The position numbers and the translations under genes were made by a program. Shown here one piece after another: positions 38,892 to 50,585 of a stretch of 64,000 nucleotides of DNA; position 1 is the first letter of the stretch; the number at the start of each line of letters is the position of its first letter. The notes below the pieces were generated by a model that had not been told where the DNA came from, did no database searches, and saw nothing but the letters and a program-made list of their open reading frames with translations. The DNA lies in IMG/VR virus record IMGVR_UViG_3300045971_000344, positions 1-64,000 of that record. The stretch is one strand, 5' to 3'.

Positions 38892-41690
38892 ATGAACTCA
38901 AAAGACAAGATTGAACGCCATAATGCTATCGCTGCACATGCCAATGCACTGGAAACATTATCCGAGCAATTTATTGATGGCACAATATCTGATATTCAGT
39001 TGTTATGTGCCCAAATGCAGTCCTGCCTCAATACTCTTAAGGTTCTTACAAAGGAGAATTAAACCATGAACTCAAAAGTAGTTCTTAACTCAGCGATTCA
39101 AGGAGCCTCTGCAGATTTTAAAATGCAGGGCCTGCAACTCTATAGTCGATTTTTGTCTATCGTTGCAGGTATGGACCCAAAACCTGTTAGAGGGGGATTG
39201 GAGAGACACCTCAATACTTTTCTTGCGGCACAGGACATTTTGGAAGGAAGTGACCTGTATTCAGAGGTTTGGGCGCAAAAAGAACACCTGGATACCATTT
39301 CATCCGCCACAGCAATAGAAGTAAAAAGTTGGAAGGAATTACCGGATTCAGCTGATGTAGAGTTGTATATAAGCTCTGATGAACAGTTGCGGTATGTTCG
39401 TTGGAAAGCTGGTGATAATACGGATAAACAACCACCAAAGGTTTTGTACCGTGCGCCTGCCTGGGTATGGCAGTTGTACCAACAGGGCTTCGATAAAGGG
39501 TTTAAGATAAGGAGGAAATTATGAACTATTTTATAGACCATCCTATAAATCCTCGGCCAGCCAATGTGGGAAAAGTTGTATCACGCTGAGATCAAAAGGC
39601 CTACAGGCTTCACCTACTGAAAGGAGAACAAGTATGCGGTCAATAGCAATAGTATTAGGTGATAACGATTTTGGTTCAATGTTTCGAGGTCTTCTGGAAA
39701 CAATGGTCAACTTCTTTATTTATCATGACGGTACGAAAGGAATAACTGAAAATAACATTCGGCTGCTTATAAAAGAGGGCCTGAGGTTTCATTATCTTGC
39801 GTATCAGACACGCTGGGACATGCAGGTAAAGGAAGCTAAGGATCAACCTCTTTCAGGTGTACATGAAAAAGAGTTGCAACGAGTTGTAGATTACCTTCTT
39901 TATGGTAATATGCCAAATAAGAATTATAATCATCTTCGCATCTTGTTTGACAATGATGCAGATGCCGCCTTTAATACGGAAGACCATGATGGTGGTGCCT
40001 GGCATTTGGATATCAAAAGCGGACAAATAAATTCATTTTAAAGTGAGGAGTGACTTATGAAAACAAGGATCAAGCGAGTTATAACTACTTTTTCGTATCC
40101 AGGATTGGCATCTTCGGAAAATGACGTTGTACCCAGAGAGTACTTTTTCAGTACGGATGACTGTCAGCCCACAGGAAATCTTCCGTACAACCCGTATAGA
40201 AATTTGGTTTTACACTCACTGGAGATACCTCATGAAATTAATCCAAAGCTTGATGATCTTAAAGGGTCCACAATAAAGATAATCACCTCAATAGAAGAGT
40301 ATCAGTTAGCCTGTCATCCAAATGACACCTTGGTTGCTAATCCAGATTCTAAGTATAAAATTCCAGAGGAAGAACTGTTATTAACTGTTAAGAGGAACAG
40401 ACACTGATATCTTGCTCTGGGAAGAGATGAAGAAAAAAGTGAGGAGATAGCTATGAGAGCACCTATGAAGGAAAAACGGATCAGGAAGCGACCTGCCACT
40501 AATAAGAATCCTACCAAACGGGCAGACGCTCTGCACACCCAATTGGGTAACGTTCTGTTTGCTATTAACAACTCTACAGACGACGTTAAATCCTGTCTGG
40601 TCCAGATGCTTTATGCGGATGCTACAGATGATCTGCGCTATGAGCGCTGGAACCAAGCAATGCTCGACGCTATAAACTTCATAGAGGCACCCAAGCAGGA
40701 TGAATACGATGGACGTTTCCCTTAAGGGGAAAAGGGGGTTGAACCAAATGAAATTAGTACGAGTTTCTATTTTCCGAAAAGGTACAACTACTGAGGGAAA
40801 ACTGTTTGGCTTGTTTATGAATGAAGAACGAGCCAAACAGTATATAAATAATAGTATCAGTAAGTATTTTGGTCGGCCAATTCAGCTCCGCTGGACCAAA
40901 GGTAAAGATGAAGTTACCGCGCGTTCTCAGAACTTGAGAGTTCATTCAAAAGCTTTTGGTGATAAGGTGAATCCAAATAGTTATTTCTTGTGGGCAGATG
41001 ACTATGAAAGTCATGCCGTCCAGTGCACCTGTGGTCATGCGGCCCGATTAATCCAGGGACATAGTCGGTATCAATGCCTTAATTGTTACTCTGATATTTA
41101 TTACAATGTCTGTTGGAGTTGCGGGGCTACCATTGACAGCCGGGTAAATAAAGGACGATGTGGGTGCTGTGGATACTTTTATTGTACCTGTGGCGCTCAT
41201 AGTCAGTATTGTGATTTACTTATGTACTCTCACTAGAAAGGAAGAACTGACTATGATAACAAAATTGATTATTGAAAAGTCTAAACGCGGGTTACCAGTG
41301 GCCTGGGAACAAGGAGGGTCGTATTCCAATACTGGAAATGCAACCATAATAACAGATGAATTTGGTAAGCCACAGCACTCTATCTATGTACGGCGTTCCG
41401 GTAGCTTGGCTTGTGAGAAACACGCCTTGATCCCGATTAAGCTCGGTTCTGTAATAATTAGTGCTTCTCATCACCGAGAGGACTTTACGGTAAATATTTA
41501 TCGAGTCGTTGACTTCACAACTGAAGAACACTATGAAACAGCCACTTTAGAAGTTATTGATACTTTTGATAAAGGTGAGTGGAATAAAGAAGACTCACCA
41601 GGAGTGTTCAGTGATGCTGTTAGAGTTGTTAAGAAAAAAGCGTTGACCTATCATTGTAGAGTACCCATGTATATAACCAATAACCAATAA
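38892..41690 (+). other. Run of hypothetical CDS (38892..39062, 39066..39524, 39634..40041, 40057..40407, 40453..40725, 40748..41236 Cys-rich, 41253..41690)
   Basis: Tightly packed ORFs with RBS. Confidence 0.6.
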
Positions 41691-41706
41691 CCAAAAGGAG
41701 AAACGT

Positions 41707-42570
41707 ATGAAGACAGGTCCAAAATCGCTAGCAATAAGTTTACACCCGGTAGCTTCTGCATTAATCAAGGCCCAGAAGACCGCAAAATGGCTGGGCAAGT
41801 CCACGTTCAGGCATACAAATAACGGTCAGAAAATGTTTCTCGACCACTTATCCAGTTTGGTTAAGGACTCAAAGAAAATTCCTGAAATGAAGTCCCTGGT
41901 ATCCGCCGACCCAGAAAAGATAAAAGAGTTTTTGGGGTCCAACGGAAAGACAAAGAGTACTAAGATAACCGAGAGCGACCACGAATGGTACGCTGCGGGA
42001 ATGTTTGAAATCTTTCTGACATGGAAAGAAAAGGGAGAAATCCTTAACCTAAAATTTGACGGCAAGAACGTTAAAGGGTCATACCTTAAGAATTGTTTGG
42101 TTTCAAAAGGTATGGTCAGCATTGAGACGAAGTCAGGCGATATCGCCTTCATGAAGATCGGTAAGGTCGATACTGAGCTTGATTTATACTCGCAGGTTAT
42201 TGACCTCATGGTCAGTACCCCTGTAAAAGGAGCTGAAAAGGTTGATGTCCATTTTCCGTTTGTTAAGCTCAACCTGGATTCAGAGTTTAAATGGATGAAG
42301 GGTCTTAATCTCAATCCAGAATCCGGTAAGGGAATTGACCACCCAGGGTATTTTGTTAAGCGCGCTCTTACCCATAACGAGCTCGATATTGACAACACCG
42401 GGGCGCGTATCAAATCCTCTGCAGTTGTAACCATGAGAACAAAAGGCCTGGCTCCCCCAAAGCCTAAGGTTGTAAAAATAGATTCACCCTTTCTTTTTTG
42501 GGTCATCCGACCAGGTTGTGACCTTCCAATTTTTGTTGCCTACGTAAACACTGACTCCGTTGTTTCTTAA
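41707..42570 (+). CDS. Serpin-like protein (shortened)
   Basis: VDVHFPFVKL...HNELDIDNTG-RCL-KVVKIDSPFLFWVI...PIFVAYV matches the serpin s5A/RCL/s1C/s4B/s5B order. Confidence 0.65.
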   Translation: MKTGPKSLAISLHPVASALIKAQKTAKWLGKSTFRHTNNGQKMFLDHLSSLVKDSKKIPEMKSLVSADPEKIKEFLGSNGKTKSTKITESDHEWYAAGMFEIFLTWKEKGEILNLKFDGKNVKGSYLKNCLVSKGMVSIETKSGDIAFMKIGKVDTELDLYSQVIDLMVSTPVKGAEKVDVHFPFVKLNLDSEFKWMKGLNLNPESGKGIDHPGYFVKRALTHNELDIDNTGARIKSSAVVTMRTKGLAPPKPKVVKIDSPFLFWVIRPGCDLPIFVAYVNTDSVVS

Positions 42571-42578
42571 TTCTAGAT

Positions 42579-42621
42579 GGGCCTTGTGGATCATTGTTTT
42601 GTACCACAAGGCCCCTTTTTT
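42579..42621 (+). terminator. Intrinsic terminator
   Basis: GGGCCTTGTGG/CCACAAGGCCC plus T-tract. Confidence 0.85.
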
Positions 42622-42660
42622 AATCTTTAATGAAAATAATTTTTGAATAAAATCAAATAT

Positions 42661-42689
42661 TTGACAGGTCAATTTTTCTATGTTATAAT
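42661..42689 (+). promoter_or_regulatory. sigma70 consensus promoter
   Basis: TTGACA-17-TATAAT. Confidence 0.88.
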
Positions 42690-42753
42690 GAATTACGGGG
42701 ATAATCCGGGGAGAAATTCAACATTAAAATTGATGAACAATGAAAGGGGGTAC

Positions 42754-43645
42754 ATGATGAGTAAAGAGTTTGAAGCACCGGCGATTCTGAAACTGTATGT
42801 TAAGCCGGATTGTGAGGCCTTCATTTCCAGAGTTGGCTTTCCTACGGATGCAGAGGCCTCAGAGTTTGCGGCCCACTGGATGAAAGATGGACACTCAGTC
42901 TCTTGGGTCAAGTGCGGCCAAAGTGGTCCGTCTGTCCAGACAAACAAAACCATGATGGAGCTTGCTGCGTCTTTGGTTAATCAAGACGACCATGAAGAGC
43001 CGAAGTGCATTATCTGCGGAACGCTTCATCCAGAGGTTGCACTTGTTACGGGTCCAAATGCTTGGCTTATAATACCTCATTCAGTGCTTGGTTATGCCTC
43101 TGTCTGTCCTGATTGCAATGACGGTAGTTTTAGAACGGAGGTGGGGTCCAGATGAGTCATGTAAAATCAAGTGAACTGGAGTTGTTGGTCTCACAGTTTA
43201 AGTCCAAGGAAATAGATCTTGAAAACTTTTTAGAGATTGCTTCTGATATTGAGTGCCCCAATTGTGGGTGCTCTGGGTTAGACGGAGAAATTACGGATAC
43301 CGATGAAAAAGACCTTCATTCGGCTACCGCTGAGTATTCCTGTAATGAGTGCAACAAATACTCTTTTAGTATCTACGTTCTTATGTCTGACAACTCTGTT
43401 ACTCTTGTGGAGGATTGATCCAAATGAAACATCCTCAAACAGTATGGACAAACGGCAAAATTTCTCTTGGTAACGACCTCATATTTGGACCTGTAGTATT
43501 AACCGAAGAGGGCTGGCATCCAGTTGATGACGTAGACGATAGCGGACTTGAACTTATTCTTAAACTTATTGACAACAACCCCGGGTGTCTGTTTTTGGAC
43601 AAAATTCGAGAAATTAAGTTGAAAAGAAAGGAGGAGTCGGGATGA
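42754..43645 (+). other. Three small CDS (42754..43155 and 43152..43418 with CxxC pairs; 43415..43645)
   Basis: Coupled ORFs. Confidence 0.6.
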
Positions 43646-44172
43646 AACTACTACGGGTAGTAATTGAAGAAATGGCAGTGGCCTTAGCAAGTAATGATAG
43701 CTATGAAAGAAAGATAGAGCGAGTGTTATCTTCCGCAGATGCCTTAAATGATACAAGATTAGAAATAAGATCAATTTCAAAGGTTATTTTAATCCATATT
43801 GCCAAAATAATGATATTTAAAGAGTTGACGTGTAGTTGGGAAAAGGAAATCTCGGATAATATGCTTAATGATATTGGTGATCAAAAGCTTAAAATAACTA
43901 ATAAATACCCAACAAAGACTCAAATTGAATCCTGGATGTTTTCTGCAGGAAATGAAGTTTCTGATATGATAAAGTATTTAAAAATAGCAAAAAGAGAAGT
44001 TAAAAATATGCCAAGAATAGCTGCAAAAAGTTTTGAGGTCAGTCCTGAAAACCTCTTTCATGTCTGGAAATCTTTTGTAACCGAGTTCAGTTCAAAATAT
44101 TGTCCAAATAAAGATTGGACTGAGCATGAAGTTAAAGAAATATTAACCAATTCTAAAGCGTATGAAACCTAA
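43642..44172 (+). CDS. Hypothetical protein, paralog of 54385..54879 (DUF29-like pattern)
   Basis: Shared RVLSSA...HxAK...WEKxI; similar N-terminus. Confidence 0.6.
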   Translation: MKLLRVVIEEMAVALASNDSYERKIERVLSSADALNDTRLEIRSISKVILIHIAKIMIFKELTCSWEKEISDNMLNDIGDQKLKITNKYPTKTQIESWMFSAGNEVSDMIKYLKIAKREVKNMPRIAAKSFEVSPENLFHVWKSFVTEFSSKYCPNKDWTEHEVKEILTNSKAYET

Positions 44173-44186
44173 AAGGAGGAATCAAA

Positions 44187-44915
44187 ATGAAACTGCGGTG
44201 TGTAACCGTCTCAGGAGTAGGGTCTGAAATTGCGCCGCAAGAGTTGATAGAGCTTTCGGTGCAATTTCCTTTTGTAGAGTTTGGAATTCAGCTCGCGTCA
44301 GAGTCAAACCGGTATTGGGATCGCTTTCCACAATCAGATTGGTTAAACCGTCTAACTGAAACCTGTTCAGGTAAGGGTTTTAAATTCTCAGGTCACCTTT
44401 GTGGTAAGTATGTAAAAGACATTTTACTTAAAGGTCTGTTTCCACGCTTTAATGTTCACCCGGAGTTTGAGGGCTTGTTTCAGCGTTGGCAGTTAAATAC
44501 TCATGGGTCGTATCACCACATAAATTTTAACTTGTTCCCAGAGTTGTTGGTTGACTTGGAACAAAGAGGACAGGCGTTTATTTTTCAGCTCGATGGACCA
44601 AATGATGAGAACATAGAACATTGTGCTGCTCTGGGATTTGGAAATGTTGAAGCCCTTTATGATGAGTCTCATGGGTCAGGAAGTTTACCCGATGACGGGT
44701 GGACCTCGCCTCTAAATTGCCCTACAGGCTACTCCGGAGGATTAAGTCCAGACAACCTCGAACAGCAATTAGAACTCATTTCCGAAGTTGTTGGGCCAGA
44801 TAGAACTGATATTTGGATAGACGCAGAAAGTAAACTTCGAACATCTGATGGTAGATTATTTGATCTTGAAAAAGCAAGATCGTTTTTAGAAGTGGCTAAA
44901 AGGTACGTTGTTTAA
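44187..44915 (+). CDS. TrpF (phosphoribosylanthranilate isomerase)-like TIM barrel
   Basis: VTVSG, LYDESHGSG, GYSGGLSPDNL, WIDAESKLRT...FDLEKARSFL. Confidence 0.6.
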   Translation: MKLRCVTVSGVGSEIAPQELIELSVQFPFVEFGIQLASESNRYWDRFPQSDWLNRLTETCSGKGFKFSGHLCGKYVKDILLKGLFPRFNVHPEFEGLFQRWQLNTHGSYHHINFNLFPELLVDLEQRGQAFIFQLDGPNDENIEHCAALGFGNVEALYDESHGSGSLPDDGWTSPLNCPTGYSGGLSPDNLEQQLELISEVVGPDRTDIWIDAESKLRTSDGRLFDLEKARSFLEVAKRYVV

Positions 44916-44931
44916 ATGACGGAGGAATTAC

Positions 44932-46098
44932 ATGAAAAGAATTCAGGTAAGGGTACCTATCTCCAGGCATTCAAAAGTATTTTTAAAGTGTGTTGCTTCG
45001 GCTGACCCTTATAAGGCAATAAGGACAATTACTCATAAACAACCTTTGTTAATTTTTTGGGTTAGTCCAGAAGGGGCGGTAGTTGATGCCAACCCAGCAC
45101 ATAGAATTTCTCCTCCTAATGGAGACCCCTCTATTTTTGGGTCCAAGACACACAAGGGTTATTTAAGAGGAAGGGCAGCATATTTAGGTAACGTGGTCTA
45201 TATAGTTATTTACGGAACTGAGGACCGCAAACTAACTAATCAGCAGTTGGCCCTACTTCGTAGATCAGCTCCAAGATTAATTGATGAAATAAGTAAAAGG
45301 GTTGTAAATCCTGAAGAAGCCTATTCCTCAATCTTTATAGATGAAACTGGAGAGGACCTTGTAGTATAACCTAACAAAAGGAGAGTAAACCGTATGAGAG
45401 CATCAAATGAATTGTCGGCAATGGTGAGTGTATTTAACAAGGGCAATGCAACAGCAAAAGACGTTCTAGAGTTGTGGGAAAAAGAAGTTTGTCCGGATTG
45501 TGGGGCAGAGCTTGAGGGCGAAGTGGATGACTACACAGATGAAGAGCTCGATGACCTTGCGGTTAACGGAACGGTGTGGTGCAATAATTGCGACAACGGT
45601 GAACTTGATCTGAGCATCCGCTACAAACCGGCAAAGAATATTCACAAAGCAGTTCTGACAGATGCCGAGGAAGAAGAAGATGAAGAAGACTATGGGGATG
45701 AAGAGGACGAGGACGAAGATGAAAACTACCTCAACCCAGATGGATCGCATAAAAACCTGAGATCGGTTCATGGGCTTGCAACCTTGCTCCATCAGATCTT
45801 CACTGATGAAAACAACAACTCCGGAAGTAGTGCATACCAAGAGCTTCATCTTGGTGTTGACAGTGGGATAGTGGATCTGGTTATGAATGACGAGTATGAA
45901 GGCCCTCATGGTGAACCCACGCCATTCCCTGTGGACGCCCTGAATGAAGAGTTTTGGAATGGGGATTACATACCCAAGCTGGAAGTCGTGGATAACAGCG
46001 CCCTTGATTACTACATCGTCCGAATAAAAGGTCAACCCAGTGGTATCCTTGTAACAACCCTTATGGTTGAGTCCGCCCTCGAAACTCTTGAAGGTTAA
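44932..46098 (+). other. Two hypothetical CDS (44932..45369; 45394..46098 with zinc ribbon and acidic tract)
   Basis: ORFs with RBS. Confidence 0.65.
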
Positions 46099-46115
46099 TA
46101 CTTAATAACCCGCGC

Positions 46116-46144
46116 GTGGGCTCAAACGGTTTGAGCCCACTTTT
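46116..46144 (+). terminator. Intrinsic terminator
   Basis: GTGGGCTCAAA-CGG-TTTGAGCCCAC-TTTT. Confidence 0.85.
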
Positions 46145-46186
46145 ATCCACAAGTAATAAACCCTCAAAAAAAAGGAGAAACATCAA

Positions 46187-47101
46187 ATGAAGAAAAAACA
46201 GCTTATTTCGGCAGGAGAAATTCTTAAAGGGGTATATGCCAGAGTGGTTTTGGAAACACCGGAAATAAAGACGGTGGTTGTTAAGCGCAAGGACCTGAAG
46301 AAGCTGACCGGTTTTGACCTTACAAAGAAAAACTCAGTAAAATTGGCACACACGTTCTCAGATTTAACTTCTCTGGTTATCGTATATCATAACGATCTGT
46401 TTTCCGTTATCCAGTATACACCGTCTTATGAGGTTTCAAAGGAGAGGTTGAAATCACTTATCGAAATTCAAAACTCCGATTCTGAAGCGATATCTACTCT
46501 TGTTACAAATGAAGTTAAGAGCGAAGGCGAAAACTACAAATATGCGGATTAAATAAAAGGGGAAGGAAGGAAGGTCCATGATGAGACAAGAATTTCCAGA
46601 GTTGTCGATCCAAACAAACTTTGGTCGTTACGTTTTAAAAGACGCAGTATGGGTCGAAGAGGAAAATCGCCCTGGAGTAGGAACCGTAACAGGGCACGTT
46701 GTATCGGGAGGAGACACCAGCAGAATTCTTCAGTACACTTCATTTGAGGATAAGGCTGGAACAGAGCAGTCATTTTACAATGTTGTCCTTAATCGGATGC
46801 ACTCAGGTTATCCTCCACATTTTGATCTAACTTTTTTCTAACAACAGAAAGGTAATGGAGGTAGGCTACTATGAACGCTAAGATGATACTTAGGGTATCC
46901 AGAATTGAGACCATTCTTAGTAAGGTTTCGTTCGTTACAACCAAGGCGTGCGTAGTAGCCTACAACCAGACTTTTCCTGGGCACAAGGTTGACTACACGC
47001 AGGTAAATAAGGTTCTTAATGATCTGGTTCGACTTGGAGTAGCAGGTAAAATAACTGATCTGAAAAGAGGAGTATCATACCATGGCATGGGACGAAAGTA
47101 A
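46187..47101 (+). other. Three hypothetical CDS (46187..46552, 46578..46841, 46871..47101)
   Basis: ORFs with RBS. Confidence 0.6.
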
Positions 47102-47330
47102 AAACAAGGTCATACAGACAAAGAAGATTAAGGGACCCAATGGTGAGGCCCTATATCTTGAGTTGTTCTCTTACAACAAGGGACCTCAGAAAATAGGGCT
47201 CCGACATGAAGTTGAAATTAAGGGCAAAAAAGAGTTGCGTCCGCTCCCAAATTTCACTCCTGAACAAGGATTGAAAATCTCAATTGGACTAAAAAAGTTT
47301 TGTAAAGAAATTCTTGGATTAACAGAGTAA
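47082..47330 (+). CDS. Small basic protein, possibly PC4/YdbC-like nucleic-acid binder
   Basis: LELFSYNKGPQKIGLR pattern. Confidence 0.4.
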   Translation: MAWDESKNKVIQTKKIKGPNGEALYLELFSYNKGPQKIGLRHEVEIKGKKELRPLPNFTPEQGLKISIGLKKFCKEILGLTE

Positions 47331-47384
47331 TGGTAGCCATCAAACTTTAGAAATAACAACTATAAAAAACAAAGGAGACTTAAG

Positions 47385-48956
47385 ATGGAAACTACAAAAC
47401 AGAAAATTACGTGGCGTGAAGCAGTTAAACTGGCAAGGGTTCAGAACGTTCAGGCCATAAAAGAGGCAGGGACTATTGTTGTTTCGGATGGACTTTCAAT
47501 TTCGGCAGTATCTATGGGACTCAATAAGTGGGATTATTATAAATCGGGATCCGAGGTGTTCATTACAGAAAGTGATACTCCCGAAGTTGTACCGGCAGTA
47601 GTAGAAGAAAACAAATGGAAGCATATAAATATGCCAACGCTGAACAGTATACTGGAATCTTCCAGAATAGCAGAACCTGAAAAATACGAGGGACTTCGCG
47701 GTAGTTCAGCTTATCGTAGGCTTCGTGATAGCGGTGATGAAATAACTCTCAGGAACGGTATTAAGATACGAAAGATCGTAACCGAAAAGACTGGTACGAA
47801 GTATGAAATGCTTGAACCTGAGCAGGACCTGACAGATCCTATTGTCCAGTTATTTATTGGCACCAATGGGTCTTCTGTTATTCAGACTCCATCCGGTACA
47901 GAGTTGCTGCTCCAGCAGATGGAAGTAATGTTGGAATCAGGGCTCGGAGACCGTGAATATAGAAGCCATGACTTTGATGAAGACAACTATGATGAAGACG
48001 ATGAAGATGAGGATTATGATGGCAATGGGTCTGGTAGACCACCTCGTGCCAAATTATCCTGGTCTAAAGAAGCGCTGATTAAGCGCGCGGCAAATTCAAT
48101 AGTCATAACACCGGATATTTACTTCCAGTTTGTTAAGTCAAAAATGACGGACCTGCAACTGGAAGATCTTACTGATAGACTACGCAAACTCTCAGTGTTG
48201 GTAAAGCAGGCGGACGAGATCGGGCAGACCGCAGTATATGAATCACTTGCACTTCAGATAGCGATAATCGCCAGGGAGCAAGAGGCTGCCTCAATAGGTT
48301 GCGGTAAAAGGATTGACGTTAACACTGTTAAACACTTCATTGGAAAAATAGAGGGCAAAACTATAAAGTTCGATGACTTTGAGAACTTCCCTCGAATCGT
48401 TCCTGTAGAAATCGCTACCCGGATCAAAGCAGTAAGGGAAACAAAAGTGTTTGACAAATATAAAATTGTCTATGTTGACTATACAAAGGAGAAGGTTGAG
48501 ACGAATGAGCAAAAAATAAGGACGAAAGATCCTATCCTGTTTGGGACCTTTGACCACGAACCTCAAAAACTCTATTTTATTATCGACTGGATTGATGAGT
48601 ACTGTGACCTTACATTAGATAAAATGGTTGGTACTCTTTCAGCGCATGACCCCAATTTTGCTCTTGACCAGGTCCCTGACCTTGATAAGGACTTCATTAA
48701 GCGTACACTGGATGATGTGGAAGCGCGCCACTTGAGGCTGAAAAATACCAATTCTCGAAATTATAAACAACTGATGAGAGAAGAAGAGCAGGCAAGAGAA
48801 GACCGAAGAGAAGCTCTTCGAGAGCGTAATGAGCAATTAAGCGCAGAGCTGGCGTCTGTTCCCTTAGTTGAAGAAGGACAGAACATACCTAAAACAGATA
48901 ATGAAGGAAAAAGCTTCTTGAAACGCCTTGCGGCTCTTTTTACCAAAAAGGAGTAG
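47385..48956 (+). CDS. Large hypothetical phage protein
   Basis: 523-aa ORF; C-terminal KDPILFG...YFIIDWIDEYCDLTL block. Confidence 0.7.
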   Translation: METTKQKITWREAVKLARVQNVQAIKEAGTIVVSDGLSISAVSMGLNKWDYYKSGSEVFITESDTPEVVPAVVEENKWKHINMPTLNSILESSRIAEPEKYEGLRGSSAYRRLRDSGDEITLRNGIKIRKIVTEKTGTKYEMLEPEQDLTDPIVQLFIGTNGSSVIQTPSGTELLLQQMEVMLESGLGDREYRSHDFDEDNYDEDDEDEDYDGNGSGRPPRAKLSWSKEALIKRAANSIVITPDIYFQFVKSKMTDLQLEDLTDRLRKLSVLVKQADEIGQTAVYESLALQIAIIAREQEAASIGCGKRIDVNTVKHFIGKIEGKTIKFDDFENFPRIVPVEIATRIKAVRETKVFDKYKIVYVDYTKEKVETNEQKIRTKDPILFGTFDHEPQKLYFIIDWIDEYCDLTLDKMVGTLSAHDPNFALDQVPDLDKDFIKRTLDDVEARHLRLKNTNSRNYKQLMREEEQAREDRREALRERNEQLSAELASVPLVEEGQNIPKTDNEGKSFLKRLAALFTKKE

Positions 48957-48991
48957 TATAGAGAGTTTCTCGGAAAGGAAGGTAATTTATT

Positions 48992-49240
48992 ATGAGATTT
49001 TGGATCCCCATCATACTGGGTTTTCTTATAGGGATATTTTATCCCTTTTTTACCCAACACGTAAGTTCAGAGTTTCTGGCATCAATACTGTTAATACTAT
49101 TTGTAATATCCGTATATGAGTACAAGCAGAAAAGAGAAAAAGAGTTTTATGAAGGTTATGTCTGTGAGATTTGTGGTTCAGACTATGACCAGTGTGAACA
49201 CTCTATCTGTGAAGATTACACCTTGGTAAAGAAATACTAA
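48992..49240 (+). CDS. Small membrane protein with C-terminal Cys cluster
   Basis: Two hydrophobic segments plus CEICG...C..C. Confidence 0.55.
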   Translation: MRFWIPIILGFLIGIFYPFFTQHVSSEFLASILLILFVISVYEYKQKREKEFYEGYVCEICGSDYDQCEHSICEDYTLVKKY

Positions 49241-49258
49241 AACTGTAAATATAATACA
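49241..49258 (+). promoter_or_regulatory. AACTGTAAAT motif copy (18 nt identical to 12511)
   Basis: AACTGTAAATATAATACA. Confidence 0.6.
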
Positions 49259-49277
49259 ACGAAAGAGAGGAACCGTT

Positions 49278-50510
49278 ATGGCACGCGCAAAAACCTTGGT
49301 AGAAAGATTTCTGAACAAAACAATAATACTTCCGGATCGTTCAGAGCTCATGGTTATGAAAGTTGATGAAGACTCGAAAGTATTGATGGTTAGTACCTTC
49401 GAAAACTCTACACTTGATCCATCATTTGTAAATGGAATATCTGTAAATAATGTAGAAGCAAGAGGTGGTAAATTCTGGTACAATAATAACACTACTACAG
49501 AAAGGAAGATCGCGATGGAAACAGCAGAGAACAGCAATGGAGTTACAGCTCAGGTAAAGAACGTAATGAGCACCGCAGAGGAAGTAACGGTTAAACCAGT
49601 TGAAGTTAAAGATGGGGTTGAGGTAGTAGGACCTACAGTTGATGGTATCGCAGACCTCGTCTGTCAATTCTGCGGACATAAATTTTCATCAAAAGATGAA
49701 AACTCTTTTGTTCGGCCCGAGGTTGCAGTAGACATTTGCTCCGGGTGTATTTCAATGGCGGAAGACCGGCTGTTAATGGCTGGAGTACCCGGGTATGACA
49801 TTATACCTAAATTGGTTATGGAATACTTGCTCCGTTTTTATGGAATGGTAAATACTGATCTTGTTATTGCAATCCCGGAACAGGGTCAAGTTCAACCCAC
49901 GGAGACAACAGGTTGTTGCACCGAGTGTATCTGTGATACCTCACCAGCTGAAGTTGTGGATACTGTAAATGAAGTCGTATCAAATGAGGTTGTCCTTAAG
50001 ACTCCTGTCGAAGCCTTTTTGGCCGCACGTTTGAAGGTTGCAGCAACTATCTGTGAAACAATCCAGAGTTTAAACGCACAGGCAAACATCGACTCTTCAG
50101 ATAACGAAGATGCGTATGTAAAGATTATCTTTGCTCCCTTCGATTTTCATCTAACTGCTCTGTGCGGGGGCTTTATCGTAAAAGATGAGATCGTAGATGA
50201 AGAGTTTTGTAGTCTCGATGACCTACTTTCGTACTTTGCGGATTCAACTTCAACTGTCCTGGGTTACGAAGATGAAGCAGAAGAAGATCTGGACGACGAG
50301 GATGAAGATACAATAGTACTTCCTATCGGAACATTCTATCGCCTGCAAAACTGCGTGAAAGAAGAAAATAACAAAAAGCTGGTCAAGATAATTGAGACCA
50401 TTATCCCCGAAGGCGATGAAACACAGGTCGTGTACCGCGTACAAGATAAAGCCGGAAAGAAATACAAAGTAACAGAAGACAAGCTCAAACCTTCAATAAA
50501 GGAGTTCTAA
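49278..50510 (+). CDS. Multi-domain acidic hypothetical protein; second in-frame start at 49515
   Basis: CQFCG...CSGC zinc site; C-terminal SH3/KOW-like strands. Confidence 0.65.
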   Translation: MARAKTLVERFLNKTIILPDRSELMVMKVDEDSKVLMVSTFENSTLDPSFVNGISVNNVEARGGKFWYNNNTTTERKIAMETAENSNGVTAQVKNVMSTAEEVTVKPVEVKDGVEVVGPTVDGIADLVCQFCGHKFSSKDENSFVRPEVAVDICSGCISMAEDRLLMAGVPGYDIIPKLVMEYLLRFYGMVNTDLVIAIPEQGQVQPTETTGCCTECICDTSPAEVVDTVNEVVSNEVVLKTPVEAFLAARLKVAATICETIQSLNAQANIDSSDNEDAYVKIIFAPFDFHLTALCGGFIVKDEIVDEEFCSLDDLLSYFADSTSTVLGYEDEAEEDLDDEDEDTIVLPIGTFYRLQNCVKEENNKKLVKIIETIIPEGDETQVVYRVQDKAGKKYKVTEDKLKPSIKEF

Positions 50511-50526
50511 AACTGTAAATCATAAT
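50511..50526 (+). promoter_or_regulatory. AACTGTAAAT motif copy
   Basis: AACTGTAAATCATAAT immediately after a stop codon. Confidence 0.55.
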
Positions 50527-50585
50527 TTACGAGTACAATTAAAAAGAGTGTGCCATGCACACTTATATCCCGAAAGGAGTCTTTT

